A stretch of 64,000 nt of DNA from Selaginella moellendorffii (taxonomy: Eukaryota; Plantae; Lycopodiophyta), in the NCBI RefSeq assembly GCF_000143415.4, contig NW_003314263.1:2072749-2136748 (forward strand), given 5' to 3'. The notes under the pieces were generated by a model. That model had not been told where the DNA came from. It was given only the letters and a program-made list of their open reading frames with translations, and searched no databases. The translations under genes and the position numbers were made by a program. Shown here piece after piece: positions 62,280-64,000 of this stretch. The stretch's first letter is position 1. The number at the start of each line of letters is the position of its first letter.

Positions 62280-62800
62280 AGAAGTATTCAAACTTCCCCT
62301 ATAGCTCTGGCAAATTTTGCAACCCTAGAAGAGAAGAACACATTCGAACTTTTCAAGAATTACTATGATGAAGCATTACTCTAATAGGATCATTTGGTAT
62401 TTGTATGAAGAGGTTTAATCCTTTCTTTTTCTTCGTGTGATGAGTGAGTATTCTATGGCTTATGGAAACAACATAGAGATCTGTCCATCTACCTCAATGT
62501 TGTGGATTGCACAACTTTGCCTTATGGACTGATTGCAATTTGTCATTAGTTAGTTCGAGCAAAAACTTTATATATGCAAAGCTACTATAACTAAAGAGTA
62601 GTCAAGATTGAACATTAAGTGTTTTGTCTAGATACCCAGGCTTACATGTTACTTCAAAAACTTATAGAGGATGTAGAGGTAGACATAAATATTAGGAATG
62701 TGATAGATTACTAAACTTACAATTCAAAAAAGGAGATTGGTTTTATCAAGTTGAAGAATCAAGGAGCAACCTGCTACATGAACTTGCTAATTCATATATA
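62280..62800 (+). pseudogene. UBP12/13-like (MATH + USP) ubiquitin protease fragment
   Basis: NFSRITMMKHYS, GNNIE.LSIYLNVVDCTTLPYG and VIDY*TYNSKKEIGFIKLKNQGATCYMNLL. Stops and frameshifts are present. Confidence 0.8.
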
Positions 62801-63843
62801 TTACAGCCATAAGATAACTTTTGTCTCTTATCACTAAACAAACAAGACATACTATTCATTCAGCAAGAAGAATTGATAATTTTAAGCATTAAAGCATACC
62901 ACATTACTTGTCTCCAATGCAATTAAAATCAAGGGGAAGGGTTTGATGATGTTGTTAAGAAGTCCATCTCAAGAGATATTGGTTATGCTCATGTGGTGTC
63001 TATATTTGTCTCCAAAGCAACTTGCTGCATGAGGAGGAAACAATGGCCTTAGATGAGCATAAAGCACATGCTTAGATGCCATGCTTGAAAGATGACATCC
63101 CTCTATTTGGGATGAGACACTGTTTATGGAGCTAACACTCTATTACATCACCTGCTTGTCAAATGCCAAAAGGAGTGCTTCTGCTAGAACATTGGGTTGG
63201 GACTATGTGTGAATTAGTTGTTTATACAGAAGAATAAACTAAAATATACTATGAAGTATTTAGGAAATCTTATAACTTATAAATACAAACAAATAATACC
63301 TGTTAGATAATAAAATATCATAGAATATCTAAGTATATTCTACAACCCCAGCCCCCTATAGGTTTGTTGAAACAAACCAAACCTATGTGTTTTAAAACCA
63401 AAACTGGTATCAATTTTAGATATTTGTACTTTTTATATAAGTTTTGTTCAAAAATAAATATATATATATAGAAGTACTTTGAACCAAAAATGGCTGTTAA
63501 AAATATGCTTTCCTTGATAAGTTTGAATATCTTTTTCTAGCACTAGAAGCTTTACTTAGTTATGATATACTGCTTATCAACACTTCTGTGGTAAAGCATT
63601 ACCTCCAACAAAGCAAGCCACTACTCTTGCCACATATCACTCACTTGGGAATGGGTTTTGATCTTCTTACACACCAGACCCAATAAACTCATGGCCTCTC
63701 AATTCATTGAATATTCAATTGAAAAGAAATATCACCAATCACTCCAAAGGAAACTGAGGTTAAAGTCTCATTTGCACTTAAATAGTGCATTGGATTAGCC
63801 TTTGGATTTTCATTTGTGTCATGAGTCAAACTTCTAAACTCCT

Positions 63844-64000
63844 TGTGAGACACAAACTCCCTAGGCCCCAAAGTGGAGCCGAAAAGGGTGCCACGTGGTA
63901 GTGGCCGAAGCGAAAGCCCAAATGAGTGTAACACGTTTGGATTAAAAGCTCTGACTTGGAAGGTCGAGAGCGGGAGTGGAACTCCCAACAAAGTGCTCAA
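63844..64000 (+). mobile_element. Start of another long LTR (runs off the window)
   Basis: TGTGAGACACAAACTCCCTAGGCCCCAAAGTGGAG, as at 50411. Confidence 0.85.

Overview
Compact plant nuclear DNA with ~50-90 nt GT-AG introns and very short intergenic gaps. This suggests a lycophyte such as Selaginella, but the organism is inferred, not proven. There are three zones. (1) 1-19.2 kb is a rearranged accessory zone. It holds the 3' end of a HUA2-like gene, three copies of an unknown gene (1 intact), three copies of an intronless fungal-type FAD oxidase (1 intact), two copies of an AT-rich bulb-type lectin, and formin and DUF547 gene fragments. These are organised by a ~3 kb-arm inverted duplication with reciprocal gene loss. 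(2) 19.5-43.4 kb holds densely packed ordinary genes: 3-ketosphinganine reductase, Pumilio, a small plastid membrane protein, CURT1, PSMD9/NAS2, a PLS-PPR, DEAD-box RH29, a UGT, a LysM protein, a DUF1295 protein and LACS. (3) 43.8-64 kb is a nested LTR-retroelement graveyard with long solo LTRs and 5S-rRNA-bearing Cassandra-like short LTRs. The most striking object is a single TSD-flanked insertion (53980-56107) whose two LTRs belong to different families and are joined at a shared tRNA-Met primer-binding site. This fits an intermolecular plus-strand transfer between co-packaged retroelements.
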